Shown: one piece after another, positions 24,076 to 36,290 of the stretch | How positions within the stretch are numbered: the stretch's first letter is position 1 | Layout: the number at the start of each line of letters is the position of its first letter | From: Phoronis australis | Taxonomy: Eukaryota; Animalia; Phoronida | Direction of reading: 5' to 3' | Assembly: GCA_002633005.1 (NCBI GenBank) | Contig: NMRA01000333.1 | Coordinates: forward strand, 1 to 64,000 | Length of the DNA stretch: 64,000 bases | The notes under the pieces: model-generated | The model's database searches: none | What the model was told of the DNA's origin: nothing | The model's input: the letters and a program-made list of their open reading frames with translations, nothing else | Translations under genes and position numbers: made by a program

Positions 24076-26781
24076 TTAGGGAACTATTACAACAGTACAC
24101 AACACTAAAAGTACGCAATGTGAACTGTAGATGCCGCGACCATCACTCCAAGAGCTCGTTCCTGCAACAGAAGAACTGAACGAAAATGATATATTGTTGT
24201 AGTGCGACTGTATGCCAACCAGGTTAATTGCTGAACAGTTGTAGACTCCCTTTATGAACTGATCAACGGGAAAAGTGAGCGAAGCAACAGTTGTGAGATC
24301 AGAGGCGTTAATTGAAGGTAAAAAAGTTGTCAACACTTCCAATGGGTTGCCGAGTACGATGACTGGCGAGGGGTCACCACTTGAAACACATTGGATGGTT
24401 ACGTCTGTTTTTGTGATGAGGACACTTATTTCAGGTTTGGAGGGGTGTTGGCACGTCATGTTGACGTCCAGAAAAGATTGAAGGGTTAGCTTGTTTTTTG
24501 TAGGGGAAGAACAGTTGGGAATGTCATAGCTGTAATGACTTTTTTCTAGGTGATACCTGGCGCTCAGCTTCACCCATTGCTGAATGTTGACGAGACGGCA
24601 ATTACAGTGAAGAGGATTGTTGGCAACGCTGAAAATCGTAAGTCTATTGGTAACTAGGCCGTCTATAATGGGCTGTGGCAGAGTAGTTAGTCGGTTGTCT
24701 CTGATTTGCAGTGTTCTCAATCTGGACATTCTAGCCATGGCCAACGGTTCAATAACTTCAATGCGGTTGCGATTAAGAGTCAACGTTTGCAGTGCTTTAA
24801 GTGGTCCGAAAACGTCTTCTTTGATCTCTCGAATACTATTGCCGGATAAATCGAGAGCCTTAAGAAACATCAAGTTGTCAAATGTCCCTTGTTGTAACTC
24901 TTCGATTTTTGAGTCACGTATATTCAGTGCTTCTAAAAATGCTAATCCGGAAAACATGCCCTTGACACACCACCGTATGTTGTTGTGGTCGATACTTAGA
25001 TCCAAGGCGTCAAACATGTTGTCAAAGCTGTAATCCTCTATTTTCGATATCCTGTTAAAATGCAGTTTAATTAATATAAGGGAACTTCCGTTAAAAACGC
25101 CGGGAATTATCTTCTTTATCAAATTGTTCCCAAGGTCGATGGTCCTGAGCAAGTTTAATGGTTTGAAAGTCCCTCGCTCAATCTTTGCAATCCTGTTGTT
25201 TTTCACCTCAAGAATACGCAATGACGAAAGTCCAGTAAACATTTTTCCCGACAGTCGCGTCAGATTATTTCGTGAGAGATCCAACGCCTCAAGTTTTCCG
25301 CAATGTTTGAATGGCTGGTCGTCTAGGTGTGCAATACCGCTGTTTCTTAATCCAAGTCTTCGTAGACTGGCAAGGTTTGCTGGAAAGGTTGCCGATATAA
25401 TGCTCCGTTCACACTTAATTTTCAGCTCCAACCAGGTCACGTTCTCTAACGAGATTGTGTGTTGAATATCATCAACACGCCTTAGATCAACATTAAGCCG
25501 CCGAGTGTTGGGAGACCATGTCTCTGAAACGTAAGTGATTGGATTAGCATCGATGTCAAGAAGTTCCAAACTCTGTGGTCCATGCAGTGTGTTAGGAATA
25601 ATATGTGCAATGTTGTTACAACGTAAGTGAAGACTCCTCAAACGTCCCAAATTAGCGAAGGCAAATTCCTCTATGATGGCAATTTTGTTACCAGCCAACT
25701 GCAACACTTGAAGTCCAAACAAGCCGCGAAAAGTTCGACTTGTGATAATTGTTAAAGAGTTTTTCTGGAGAGAGAGGGTACGGAGGCGAGATGCCGACTG
25801 AAATGTGGCGTCCTCGATAATTTCTATATGGTTCTCTTCAAAATACGCCCATACCAACGTTTCACTGCACTGAAACATTCCTTTGGTCAAATTTCGAAGG
25901 CGGTTGTCAGAAATGTGAAGTCGTCTTACCGCTGGCATTCGGCAAAAGGTTCCAGTCTGGATACTGGAAAGGTTATTCGAAGTCAGCTGAAGATCATATA
26001 ATGACTTGTAAAAATGAAGCTGCGATCCTGAGAGCGCATGTAAATCATTGGCACTCACATCCAACATGCGTATGGATTCTGGGATTGTCCATGTTTGGAG
26101 TGTGCGCAGCTTGTTGCCATGCAAGTTTAAATAAGTCAGTTGATCCAGATGCTGAAGAACACCGTCGTCAACTTGAGATATTTTATTATTCTCCATTTGC
26201 AATGATTGTAATGCTGGTAGTTGTCGAAATGTTCCGTTGAGCAATCTTGATATGCAGTTTCCCGAGAGACCGAGAGTAGTCAAGTTGTGTAATTTACTCG
26301 CGAAAGTTAGTTCATTAAGAGCAGTTATTTTGTTTTTATTCAGTTGCAAGTCAACCAACCTTGGTGTTGACGCGAAGGCACCGCTTGGTAAATCACGTAT
26401 CTCGTTTCCACTGATACGTAAATACTTTAGCTTGAACAAGCCAGCAAACGTTGTCTTCGTTATTCTAGTGATTCTGTTATGTTCAAGAAAAAGCCCGTTC
26501 AATTCACCCATGGCAATGAATAGGTGGTCAGCGATACTAGTCAGTTTGTTGTATGCCAGTACTAATGAAGTGACGTTAGACGATGATGCAAACGTGTTTG
26601 GTAAGATATGCCTGATACCGCATTTGGTCAACACAAAGGCTTCTTGTGATATCCTTGCTACCGCTGGCAGGTCATCGCCAGACAAAACACCGTCCGTATC
26701 GTCAATGTTCAAGGGACATCTTACACGAACGGCATAAACTAGCCACACTTTAAAGACGAGACTTGCTAGCACTCGTTTCAT
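24076..26781 (-). CDS. Intronless LRR-LRRCT-Ig cell-surface protein (901 aa), probably GPI-anchored
   Basis: Uninterrupted ORF with a hydrophobic N-terminal signal, more than 20 LxxLxLxxNxI repeats, LRRCT (NNPLHCNC...C..P), an Ig-like segment (CVSSGDPSP...GVYNCSAINLVG), a Ser-rich linker and a terminal hydrophobic stretch with no cytoplasmic tail. Confidence 0.92.
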   Translation of the reverse strand: MKRVLASLVFKVWLVYAVRVRCPLNIDDTDGVLSGDDLPAVARISQEAFVLTKCGIRHILPNTFASSSNVTSLVLAYNKLTSIADHLFIAMGELNGLFLEHNRITRITKTTFAGLFKLKYLRISGNEIRDLPSGAFASTPRLVDLQLNKNKITALNELTFASKLHNLTTLGLSGNCISRLLNGTFRQLPALQSLQMENNKISQVDDGVLQHLDQLTYLNLHGNKLRTLQTWTIPESIRMLDVSANDLHALSGSQLHFYKSLYDLQLTSNNLSSIQTGTFCRMPAVRRLHISDNRLRNLTKGMFQCSETLVWAYFEENHIEIIEDATFQSASRLRTLSLQKNSLTIITSRTFRGLFGLQVLQLAGNKIAIIEEFAFANLGRLRSLHLRCNNIAHIIPNTLHGPQSLELLDIDANPITYVSETWSPNTRRLNVDLRRVDDIQHTISLENVTWLELKIKCERSIISATFPANLASLRRLGLRNSGIAHLDDQPFKHCGKLEALDLSRNNLTRLSGKMFTGLSSLRILEVKNNRIAKIERGTFKPLNLLRTIDLGNNLIKKIIPGVFNGSSLILIKLHFNRISKIEDYSFDNMFDALDLSIDHNNIRWCVKGMFSGLAFLEALNIRDSKIEELQQGTFDNLMFLKALDLSGNSIREIKEDVFGPLKALQTLTLNRNRIEVIEPLAMARMSRLRTLQIRDNRLTTLPQPIIDGLVTNRLTIFSVANNPLHCNCRLVNIQQWVKLSARYHLEKSHYSYDIPNCSSPTKNKLTLQSFLDVNMTCQHPSKPEISVLITKTDVTIQCVSSGDPSPVIVLGNPLEVLTTFLPSINASDLTTVASLTFPVDQFIKGVYNCSAINLVGIQSHYNNISFSFSSSVAGTSSWSDGRGIYSSHCVLLVLCTVVIVP

Positions 26782-26959
26782 GGCTTGTCGAGTAGCGTGT
26801 GAATCTCAAGTGGAGTGTCGCAGCTTATATTGTCTTATTGCGCAGGCTTTAAAGTTGTCTTCCGTGTGAAAAACATAGCGCTCGCACTCAGCCAGACAAA
26901 CCTTGATAAGTCACGTTTTAATAAAATGTTTACCACAAAGTAATATTAAAATGAAAGAA

Positions 26960-28430
26960 TATACTTCAAAGAATCCACAAGCAAAAAAGCACGTCTTTTT
27001 CTCTTCCCGTTTAAAATCGCACTCAGCACGACTGAAAATGAGTCAATATGCGCCAGATCCGCCATCTTGAAAGCAACTTCCGGTTTTTTGACTTTGTATA
27101 ATAGCATGTCATAAGAAACTAATACCTGTAAAAATTCGAAGGAATTGGTCTTATAATGCGCCCTCTACAGGAGAAAACGTTTTTAGGCCAAAATCGAGGT
27201 GCGCATGCGCGATCGCCGATATTTCCGCCATCTTTNNNNNNNNNNNNNNNNNNNNNNNNNNNNNNNNNNNNNNNNNNNNNNNNNNNNNNNNNNNNNNNNN
27301 NNNNNNNNNNNNNNNNNNNNNNNNNNNNNNNNNNNNNNNNNNNNNNNNNNNNNNNNNNNNNNNNNNNNNNNNNNNNNNNNNNAGCGAAACTTGGCGAAAT
27401 TAACCAAAAAGATGACTATAAAGACGGTGAAGAAGATGACGAATATGACGAAGATGGTGGCGAGGATGAACAAAAGAAGTAATAATAACATACACATGAC
27501 GAACGTAGAAGTCTGAAATCAGTAAGAAAAAGGCTACAATCTTGAGCGACACTTGGCGAAATTAACGGAAAAGACAACGACAGAGATGATGACGAAGATG
27601 ATGATGGTGGTGGCGATGATGAACAACATCACAACATTCATATGACGAACTTAGATGTCATAAATCAATAAGAAATAGGTTACAGTCTAGTTCAATAGAA
27701 TATAAACCAACATCAATGCAGCAAGAGCGCTCAACAAAGGAACAGCGTTATCAGTAAATCTCAAATAACTCGAAAGGTAGACGTCCTAGCGAAAAATGGA
27801 AAACATCTTCTGAAAGCCCGTTTGAAATTCTATCTAAACTGATGGTATCGCCTAATTCCGTAATTTTTTTCGAAAAAAATGAAATTTTGCGTTTTTTTTA
27901 AGAAATTCAAAGTCAAATAACTCGAAAACGGTAAGTCTGAGAAAAAATTGTTACAAACCATTTGAAAGCGTATACTTCAAAGAATCCACATGCAAAAAAT
28001 CACGTCTTTTTCTCTTCCCGTTTAAAATCGTACTCCAGCACGACTGAAAATGGGTCAACATGCGCCAGATCCGCCATCTTGAAAGAAACTTCCGGTTTTT
28101 TGGCTTTGTATAATAGCATGTCATAAGAAACTAATACCTGTAAAAATTCGAAGGAATTGGTCTTATAATGCGCCCTCTACAGGAGAAAACGTTTTAGGCC
28201 AAAATCGAGGTGCGCATGCGCGATCGCCGATATTTCCGCCATCTTTAACCGGAAGTAAACAATTTCCGGTATACTTGTAGAAAACTTCCGGTCCATTTAC
28301 TGTGCCGATTCTTAGCCTTTTACGTAAAAAATTGTAGCTTCCAGAAGCATTTGAACCTTTAAATGAAAACAAAATGGCCGCCACAGCCGCCATCTTGGAT
28401 CCGATTTTGACGAAAAACAAGTAAAAAACA
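26960..28430. repeat. Repeat-element region: ~275-bp segment duplicated across an N-gap, plus two ~160-bp GAT-rich tandem units
   Basis: ~26961-27235 matches ~27971-28246. AGCGA.ACTTGGCGAAATTAAC...GATGACGAA units start at 27383 and 27545. Many ACTTCCGG, GCCATCTT and AAATGGCCG motifs. Confidence 0.7.
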
Positions 28431-31110
28431 AACTTAGTGACAGAGCAACATACTTGTTATTAGCAATTCCAGGATTCTTAAGAAGAGACGTGTGACGTTT
28501 ATAGTTTAATCGTCCCTGGTGACACCTTTGTTAGTTATGATTTGTGAAAAAATTGAGACATTTATCAATACAAGCTAGTCCTTGTGTGAGACGGCGATCG
28601 GGAACGATGTCGTTAATTCAATATGGCGATCGTGAACGCACATTTTTTCTCTGCATAGGCCTGAATAGTTCAAGTTACGGTATTATGTCAATAATTTTAG
28701 AATAATACGGAAACTGAATTAGTTGATGGGTTGGTTATTAATTACATTTCATCGTTTTCTCATTATTTCAAAGTGAGATTTAGTCTAACAAACATAACTG
28801 AATGCATTTGATTTTTTTTCAGTTGAACTGTAGCCACACGACGAGTCCTTCAGGGTTTTAACGTCCACGCCTCCAAGAAAGAGTAGTACAACTGCTGCAT
28901 GTCACAACAGAGTGTGTGTGTGTGTGTTGTGGAGCCTCGTTCAGGAACTAAGAAATCGACTTAGTATGACCACATGGAAATAAAATACAGTGACACTACA
29001 ACAAAGCAAGACCTTTACCAGCCCAGTGATTGACACGTTGCATGCGTCAAGAGTTTTTTTACCAATATAGTAAAACAGTATGTAGCATCGTGCTCAGAAA
29101 CCAAGTCGATTCAGTGTCCTATCTGTGTTCAATGTTTCACGGAAAGAGTAAGCCTGATGTGACACTGCGTCACAGCACGAGGACACTCTTTTTTGTGGTG
29201 AATGTGGCAAGTCATGCAAACAGTATGCCTCCTTCTACAGGCATAGCAAGCAGAAACGTCATGAATGAAATCGTTAAGTCCAGTGGTAAATGTTGTTCAG
29301 TCATTATAGTTTATTCCGATTTTCAGAGTTTATGGTTTGTAGTTGTCTGACGTGACAATATTTTAGTGTTTAGGTAGATTTAAATGACCATACTAAGTGT
29401 CATTGGGCAATACTTACATACAATTGTTATGACCAATTAGTATTTTAAAAGAAAATACATGTCGTTGATTATTGTAGAAATTGCTTTCATATAGTTGTTG
29501 ATTTCCTGTGAGAGACTATTATACTATCAACCAGTCCTAAATACATTGTCTATGATTTAGTGATGATTTAGTCTAATACATTCCAAAAGTACTACGTTGG
29601 AAATGTTCAATGGATTTGTCATGTTGATTTCTCTAAGGCAATAAATTTATATATTTTTGTAAGACCGATTTTGAAGTACGTGTGATAAAAGATTAATATT
29701 ATAATACAAATGCTATAATATTGTTGATTTCCTATGTAAATCACTACAGTGTGTAGTTGAATTAACGTTAATGACAACATGTTGACTACGTTTTGAGAAA
29801 ATCACGTTATAGTATGTGTATTATAATTGTCTCAATCTTTTTCAATGTCACATTAAACTGGAGATCATGAACTGATGATGCAGGTGAACTTGGGACCAAG
29901 ACTAAAAAACACAAGAGTCAAACACAATGTACATTCAAGCCAAACGGGTGCCACAAGTCAATCTGTTCATCTCTGTATTGATGTTATCAGTAAAACATCA
30001 CGTAAAATCCCAACCGTTTTATCAGCACACCAGATTACACAACTTTTGGCCAATGTTTAGATCCCACACGTTTATGAGTTGGAGTCGGTGAATCATCTCG
30101 TGAAGTGTTGCCATACTAACCTCTCTTCCCATGGGCAAGCTCATCATCATTCTTTGACTTCATTGCTTTTTTTTTCCTTTTGCTGTCGCAACTTTACAGG
30201 AAGATTCTACGCTCGCTTTCATCTCGGTGCTGCAACAATTTGTTTACCCCTGGCTGACAGGCCACATGGAACAACTCCTGGGTGAGTATTCAGTTAACCC
30301 TTGTTCTCAGTGGTTTCCAGTCTCAAAGTAGATGCATGTACTTTTCAAAACCCTGGAAGGGTGTACCTGGGTAACATGTTCGTTGAAGCTCGCCTCACAA
30401 TAACAGTGAACTTGTTTCCTGAAATGAAAATAAATTCGTTTGTGAAACTAAAATTATGCTTCATGTATATGTAGTGCTCATGGCAATTCAATGAAATATG
30501 CTATGCTGTTGTTCAGTTTTGTTCCGAAAGTAACACAGTAATGACACAAAATGTGATTAATTCATTGCACTACACTTATTTTGTAACCTTTTTTACGTTT
30601 TATAAGTAAAAAGTTCATTACTGTTCGTCACACCACGATGCGTTCCCGATCGCATAAACAAACACAAATTTGCGTTCCCGATCGCTTATCGTTGCGTTCT
30701 CGATCGCATCTTTCAACAGAAAATCCTCGAAAAATCAGATCCTGACAAAACTACAAAAAAACAAGCGTTGTGTTATATTTTCACACGTCATTTCTTCATA
30801 ACTCCATGGTCAATTTATTGATTTAGTGCCAAAAATAACAACAATTTGCCAAAATGACATACAAATCACTTTCGGCTTAAGCGATGCCGCGGTTAACGTA
30901 ACCTTTCTCCTATAATTGGAAGAGACACTAGTCTAAACCTCTACCTGCCCTTCCTCAATGTGTTACGCCTTGAAATCATGTCTCTGTTTTTACACTGGAA
31001 GTAAAAACAACGAAAATTCATCAAATTTATTCACCTTGCCTGGCTTCGCTTCCCGCGCCAAATTTCGTTCTCGATCGCCTTCCGGTCGTTCTTGATCGCG
31101 GGTTGGCCGG
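28430..31110. mobile_element. Probable non-autonomous DNA transposon with inverted arrays of CGTTCYCGATCGC
   Basis: GCGATCGGGAACG and GCGATCGTGAACG at ~28594 and ~28626. GCGTTCCCGATCGC-type copies at ~30640, 30672, 30694, 31066 and 31087. Weak inverted similarity between ~28450-28500 and ~30780-30820. Confidence 0.4.
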
Positions 31111-32876
31111 GGTGAGAAACAGTCACATTGAACTAAAACTGTTATGGGTTACTGTTAGAGGAATTGCCAAGGATATTTATGATTCATGTTTCTACATGTT
31201 TCGCTGTGGACGAATTTGGAAGACAACTCTCAACCGCCTTCTACTCATATGACGATCGCCAGCAAGGTTTCGCCCCTGAACCTTGTAAATTGTTGGGTGC
31301 ACTTGCCTCTAACCACCTCTTTTTGGAGCCCTGATGCCGAATAATCGAAGGGACAAGGCTCGCTTAATGGCAGCCCGTACAACATTTGCGACTCCGAACA
31401 TAACTGCAGGTCCATGAGTATTCGCAAATGGAAATTTTTTTAACAGTTTATGTGGAATGGAAATCAGAAGAAATTCCCTGTGTGGGGGGAAACTGCTACT
31501 ACTTGAGTGTGATGGTGCTAAAAAAATCATATCCCCTTTGGTTCGTAAGGAACCATGAAAGGTCTTGCTCGGTTGTACTGTATTTTGCTTCCGTGTGGAC
31601 CTTCGTTAAAACGCTACCAATCAGTCGCCAGCAGTCTTGCTTTATTTTGAAAATGTAATGTTATTGTGTTTATGGGAAACAGGATTTTAGATTGTGTTCA
31701 ACCAAAGAGGGGATCCTCATATTTCACGAGCTCTTGGTCAGATGTTTAATAATGTTACGCTTCAACGCTGTTCAGGTCCTCAAACTTCTGTCGAAATAGA
31801 CCGCCACCTCGCGCCCTGAACATGAGTGAGGCGATATCCTCTGAGCTATGAATATCTTGTCATAAATCAGCGAGTTGATGTGATAGGAGTAAGTATTTAT
31901 TTATCAGTTTCTTACAGGGCGTGATTGCAAGTCATGTGATGGCAAATACGAGACAATCCATGCATTTACTTCCGCTTCCTAAATGATCGTCTATCAGTGA
32001 AAGCGCTAACTGAATTACAGGGGTTGGAACTGTATTCATACAGGTTCTTGTACAGGGGCTTAGAACAGAAAATTCCACAAATTGTCCCATTTTTATAACA
32101 ACATGAAATTTGATGTACTGGCATTTAAGCATATATAGAATCATATAAGGCAAGGTATCCAGTTTATTTCCATGGTAACGTAGGGGGCGACATCATTCTC
32201 GGGAAGAGTTCAGACTCCAGTTTTTAGCCTTGGATCGGTAAATACAAACTAGGATTTGAGATCTATCCTTGTACGTCATCATTTACTCGGGCATAGCAAA
32301 TTCGAAACTTGTCTTGAGTTCGCATAAAATAGAAAATAAAATGTCAAAAATAATTTCGGGATCGATTTCAAGTAAAAAGATTAGACCCCGCGCTCAGGAA
32401 CTGCGTAGTTTTTTTCCTTATTATAATCTACCACTGGACGAGTCATGATTTCCGTCTATAGTAAAAGGATACTAAACCCTGTTTTGGTGATTTAAACCAA
32501 TCCTCGGCACCTGCTAATGCTTCATTGGCATCAATCTTGCACGATAAATGCAAGAATCAACCAAAAACTCAAAGTCCCTGTGTCACAAATTGGACGTTAT
32601 GGTTCTCAGAGGGTGGTCTATTCCCACAGTTGCTTTGTACTTCGTTAAAAGCGTATGTCACGCTTGACCGTTTAGCAGACTTTCAAGCGGTTTTCAAAGT
32701 TCCGTCCAAGGGTCGAGGGTTACAGAGCATTATTTTGTTTCAGAAAACTGGATGAGAACGTCGGTTTGAATATCTGTTCATACGCCAAAACCGTATTTGG
32801 TTTCGTTTTAAGGGATATTTTGCTTTTCATAACCGTATCTCCCGATCCCGTTTAAGATTGTCGATTTCAAAAATAA

Positions 32877-33928
32877 AACTAGAAAGATTATTGTCACGGC
32901 GTGACAATAACGGACTCTGCACGTGCGTATTACTGGAATTATTATGGGAAGTTACTGACAGCAACCCTTTTACCAAAATGAAAAGGAATTCTTTAAAATT
33001 GTAGGAGAAATTACATATTAATTTTTGATGACCTTTCCACTAATTGACCTCTTCCGGTGCATTATGAGCCCCGATGAGGAGTAATTGTTAACTCGATTAA
33101 AAGTGTGGCTAATGCTAAAAATCACAGATGCTTAACATTAAACAAGAAGAAAAATGCACCTAATGACCCCATTGGTGCACCAAATAACCTGAAAATTTAG
33201 AATTCAAAGTCAATTGCACTTAGTAAACAGATATGTAATTTTGAAGACTCTAGCTCAAAATTTTAGTTTTCACTCAATGAACTTTGACCTATTTTTTCTG
33301 ATTGGTTAGGCCTATTGCGAAGTAAAGTAGGGTATTCAATTGGCATGTTGACTTACACCAGTGTTCTGAAATTGAAATGAATTCCTTGAAAAACGTAAGA
33401 GATATAACATTTTGAACGTTACATGACCTTTGCACTAATTGACCCTATCCGGTGCATTATAAGCGTCTTTAGAATTATAGCAAAGCCCATAAAAATGTGT
33501 TTCATGCTGAGAATCACAGTTGTCTAACGGTTGACACATCAGAATACTTGCTGATTGAAAAGGTCAAATTTTCAGTAGAAAAATGCACCTAATGACCCCA
33601 TGTTTGCACTAAATGACCTGAAACTTTGGATTCCGAATTGAATTACCTGTGCCGATCAGAACTGTGAATTTGAAATGTCTAGCTCAAAATTTTAGTTTGC
33701 ACCTAATGACCTTTGACGTATTTCACCTGACTGGATGACCCCATTACTTAGAAAAGTATTTTTTTAAATTGCCTTATTGACTTATACCTGTGCACCGAAT
33801 TTGAAAAGAATAGCTTTAAAAATGAAGAAGGAGTAGCATTTTGAAAATTACATGACCTTTGCACCAAATTACCGCTTCCTCTTGGGTAATTACTCTGCGC
33901 TTACACGCGCAGAGTAATTACCCAATAA
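32877..33928 (-). mobile_element. Non-autonomous Helitron2/Helentron-type element with internal ~400-bp tandem units
   Basis: On the minus strand: 5' perfect 19-bp hairpin (33882-33925), 3' hairpin TTATTGTCAC-GGC-GTGACAATAA (32888-32910) just before a CTAGTT end, and an asymmetric subterminal IR ACTCTGC.CGTG (32914-32925 vs ~33904-33915). Units begin ATGACCTTT.CAC at ~33028, ~33423 and ~33852. Confidence 0.7.
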
Positions 33929-36290
33929 CGTGCAAGGCGCAGTAGATGAAGAACAAACAAGTCCTTAACACATACAGACATGTCGTTTTTTATAAGATGT
34001 TGAGAGGGACGTTTTGTTCCACCTTTGAAGCAAAATAACTAATGTTCTTTTCGCAACACACCAGACAGACGCTGATACTTTTCTTCATGGAGGAAAGTTA
34101 TGCACGTGTTTCTGTGGGCAGGACCGTTGTCTCACTAGTGCCCTCTATAGTGAGTTTAGAATCGCCCATTGAGTTAAAATGTATGCTTGATTACTTTGAT
34201 TGCTAAGGGACATTATTTTTTACGATGTAAGAACGCATTATTTAGATTAGTGTGATATGGAATAGAGACTTCTCGAAGTTATTAGCTTTGACCAGAGCTA
34301 CAAAACAACGAAAGCGCTCTGAGGAGCGACACTTAGTGAAATGGAACAAAAATTTAGAGGTGAGGTTGAGGACGATGCGAATTTATTAGATAACCGGTGA
34401 AGAGATCTATTTACATTCCAAATTTGAAAAGATTCGTTCAAAGGAACTCGTAGCTTGAGCTCCGCAAATTTAATTCGAAAGATGGCCGTCACATCTCTAA
34501 CCTGCGTCTGATTTCGCACAAGAACAAAAATCCTCGGGCTATTGTCTAAGTAAACGGACGAAAAATGCGATCTCTAGCCCAATTATGATAGGCTAAGATA
34601 GCGCATCCATAAATAACTAGTCAACAAAAGATCAGTCATCTGACCCAAAAATCTCGAATGTCGCGAGAATGGCAATTCGTAGCACGAAACGGGTTTCGAT
34701 ATGCGATTTTATTTTAAATCACAATTTTTGCCATTATCTGTCAGACACTCGTTGAAATCAAGGACGGTGACTGTACGAATAAAGATCGCTTAAAGATGTA
34801 TTTGCATGCTCCTAACTACGCTAATGTATACCAGGAACTAAACGACAATTCTCCAGTTGTATTCACTGACAACTTGTAATTATGAAAACAAAAAATTCTA
34901 CAAATAGGTGACCTTTGCACTAATGACGTACCTCGCGAGCCCCATCATGCAGTGTTGTTCCCAACACCACGTCACGATACTTACTGGACACGGGTCAGTG
35001 ATTTGCGGCGGACCATTTTCGCCACAAAACTAACATTTGGCAACTTCCAACCTACTTCATATTCACATCGTCACTGTATGCTGTGTTTCTAAATAATTTG
35101 GCCATGCTTTTGACAGAAATAAGGAATTACCCTGTAAGTTCCACTTTAAATTGCACCGTCATATATCGCCGATTGGGATATAGTTAAGTTAGCAGAGCGG
35201 TTGACTTGGAGAACGAGGGGTCCCCACTGACGCTAAAGTCAACAGGTCCCTTTCCTTTTCTAACCGATAATGTCATTTTAATTAGCTCGAATCTCATAGA
35301 TAGTGATCAGCTTACTGGGTGGGCCGGAAGTGCCCGCTCGATTATTAATTGAAAGAAGATGACGGTTATTTCCCATGGTCATGACGATGGGTACCTAGCC
35401 TTGACAAGCACATCAAAATTGACATTCACACCAACGTTCATGCTTTCGTCAACTAAAAATGTAAATCAATTTCTTCCTTAACCTAATAAAACCCACACTT
35501 TCATTTGTTAACTGTGGCTGTTTTGAAATCCAATATGGCTGCTATTTTACAGCATTAAAAAAACAACTGTACCCTTTAGTCTAAATTGCAAACATGTAGT
35601 ATTTGACAACAGTGGCACTTTTTAAGCCGAGCAAGGAAAACTAGGCCATTTCCACTGAGACTCTGGCAGCCATTTTGAAATGCAATATGGCTGCGGTCAC
35701 CATTCTAATCGTAGAAACACTCGCTACATGAACTCATTCTGACTCGTTTTGTACTATTCGAAGTTAAAAATTATGATAAACAACGTAAAATGTACAGCGT
35801 AAAATTGCCGAGTCAGCATTTTAGGTAGTTACTATGGTGATAACGATTAGGTACTGAGCCTAGCTGCAATAAGCACATCAAAACTGACTGGTAGTCACTA
35901 ATTTTCATGCTTTCTTCAAAAAGTGAAGGTCCTTAACTGCCCCTTTAATTTATTCAACACGTAGTCGCTAAGACGTATGAACTTCTTCAGTGCAATCTTC
36001 CTGCAAAGCGGGTCTATTTTCATATTGCTAATTACGAATGAGTTGTTTACTTGCTCTGTACTTCAAAATTCCGTTACAAAAGATTCCGGGAGGGCATCAT
36101 TAGCTATTTCGTATTCTTGGCGTTTGCAGTAATACGTCAATTCTCGGGTTGTCACCCAAAGTCCAGCGTAGAGAGCAAATGTAGTCGCTTCACCTCATCT
36201 CCTAACAAGATACTATCACCGTAATAAAACTCCAATCAACACCACCGTTTTCTTAAAGGAAGTAGTGCACTCCGGAGGGTTTTGATTGGC

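Noticed and set aside
24275-26737. Several plus-strand ORFs overlapping the LRR gene
   Set aside because: These are antisense shadows of a long coding sequence.
27383-27660. Acidic D/E-rich coding exon
   Set aside because: It is a tandem GAT-rich repeat next to an N-gap, with stops and no splice support.
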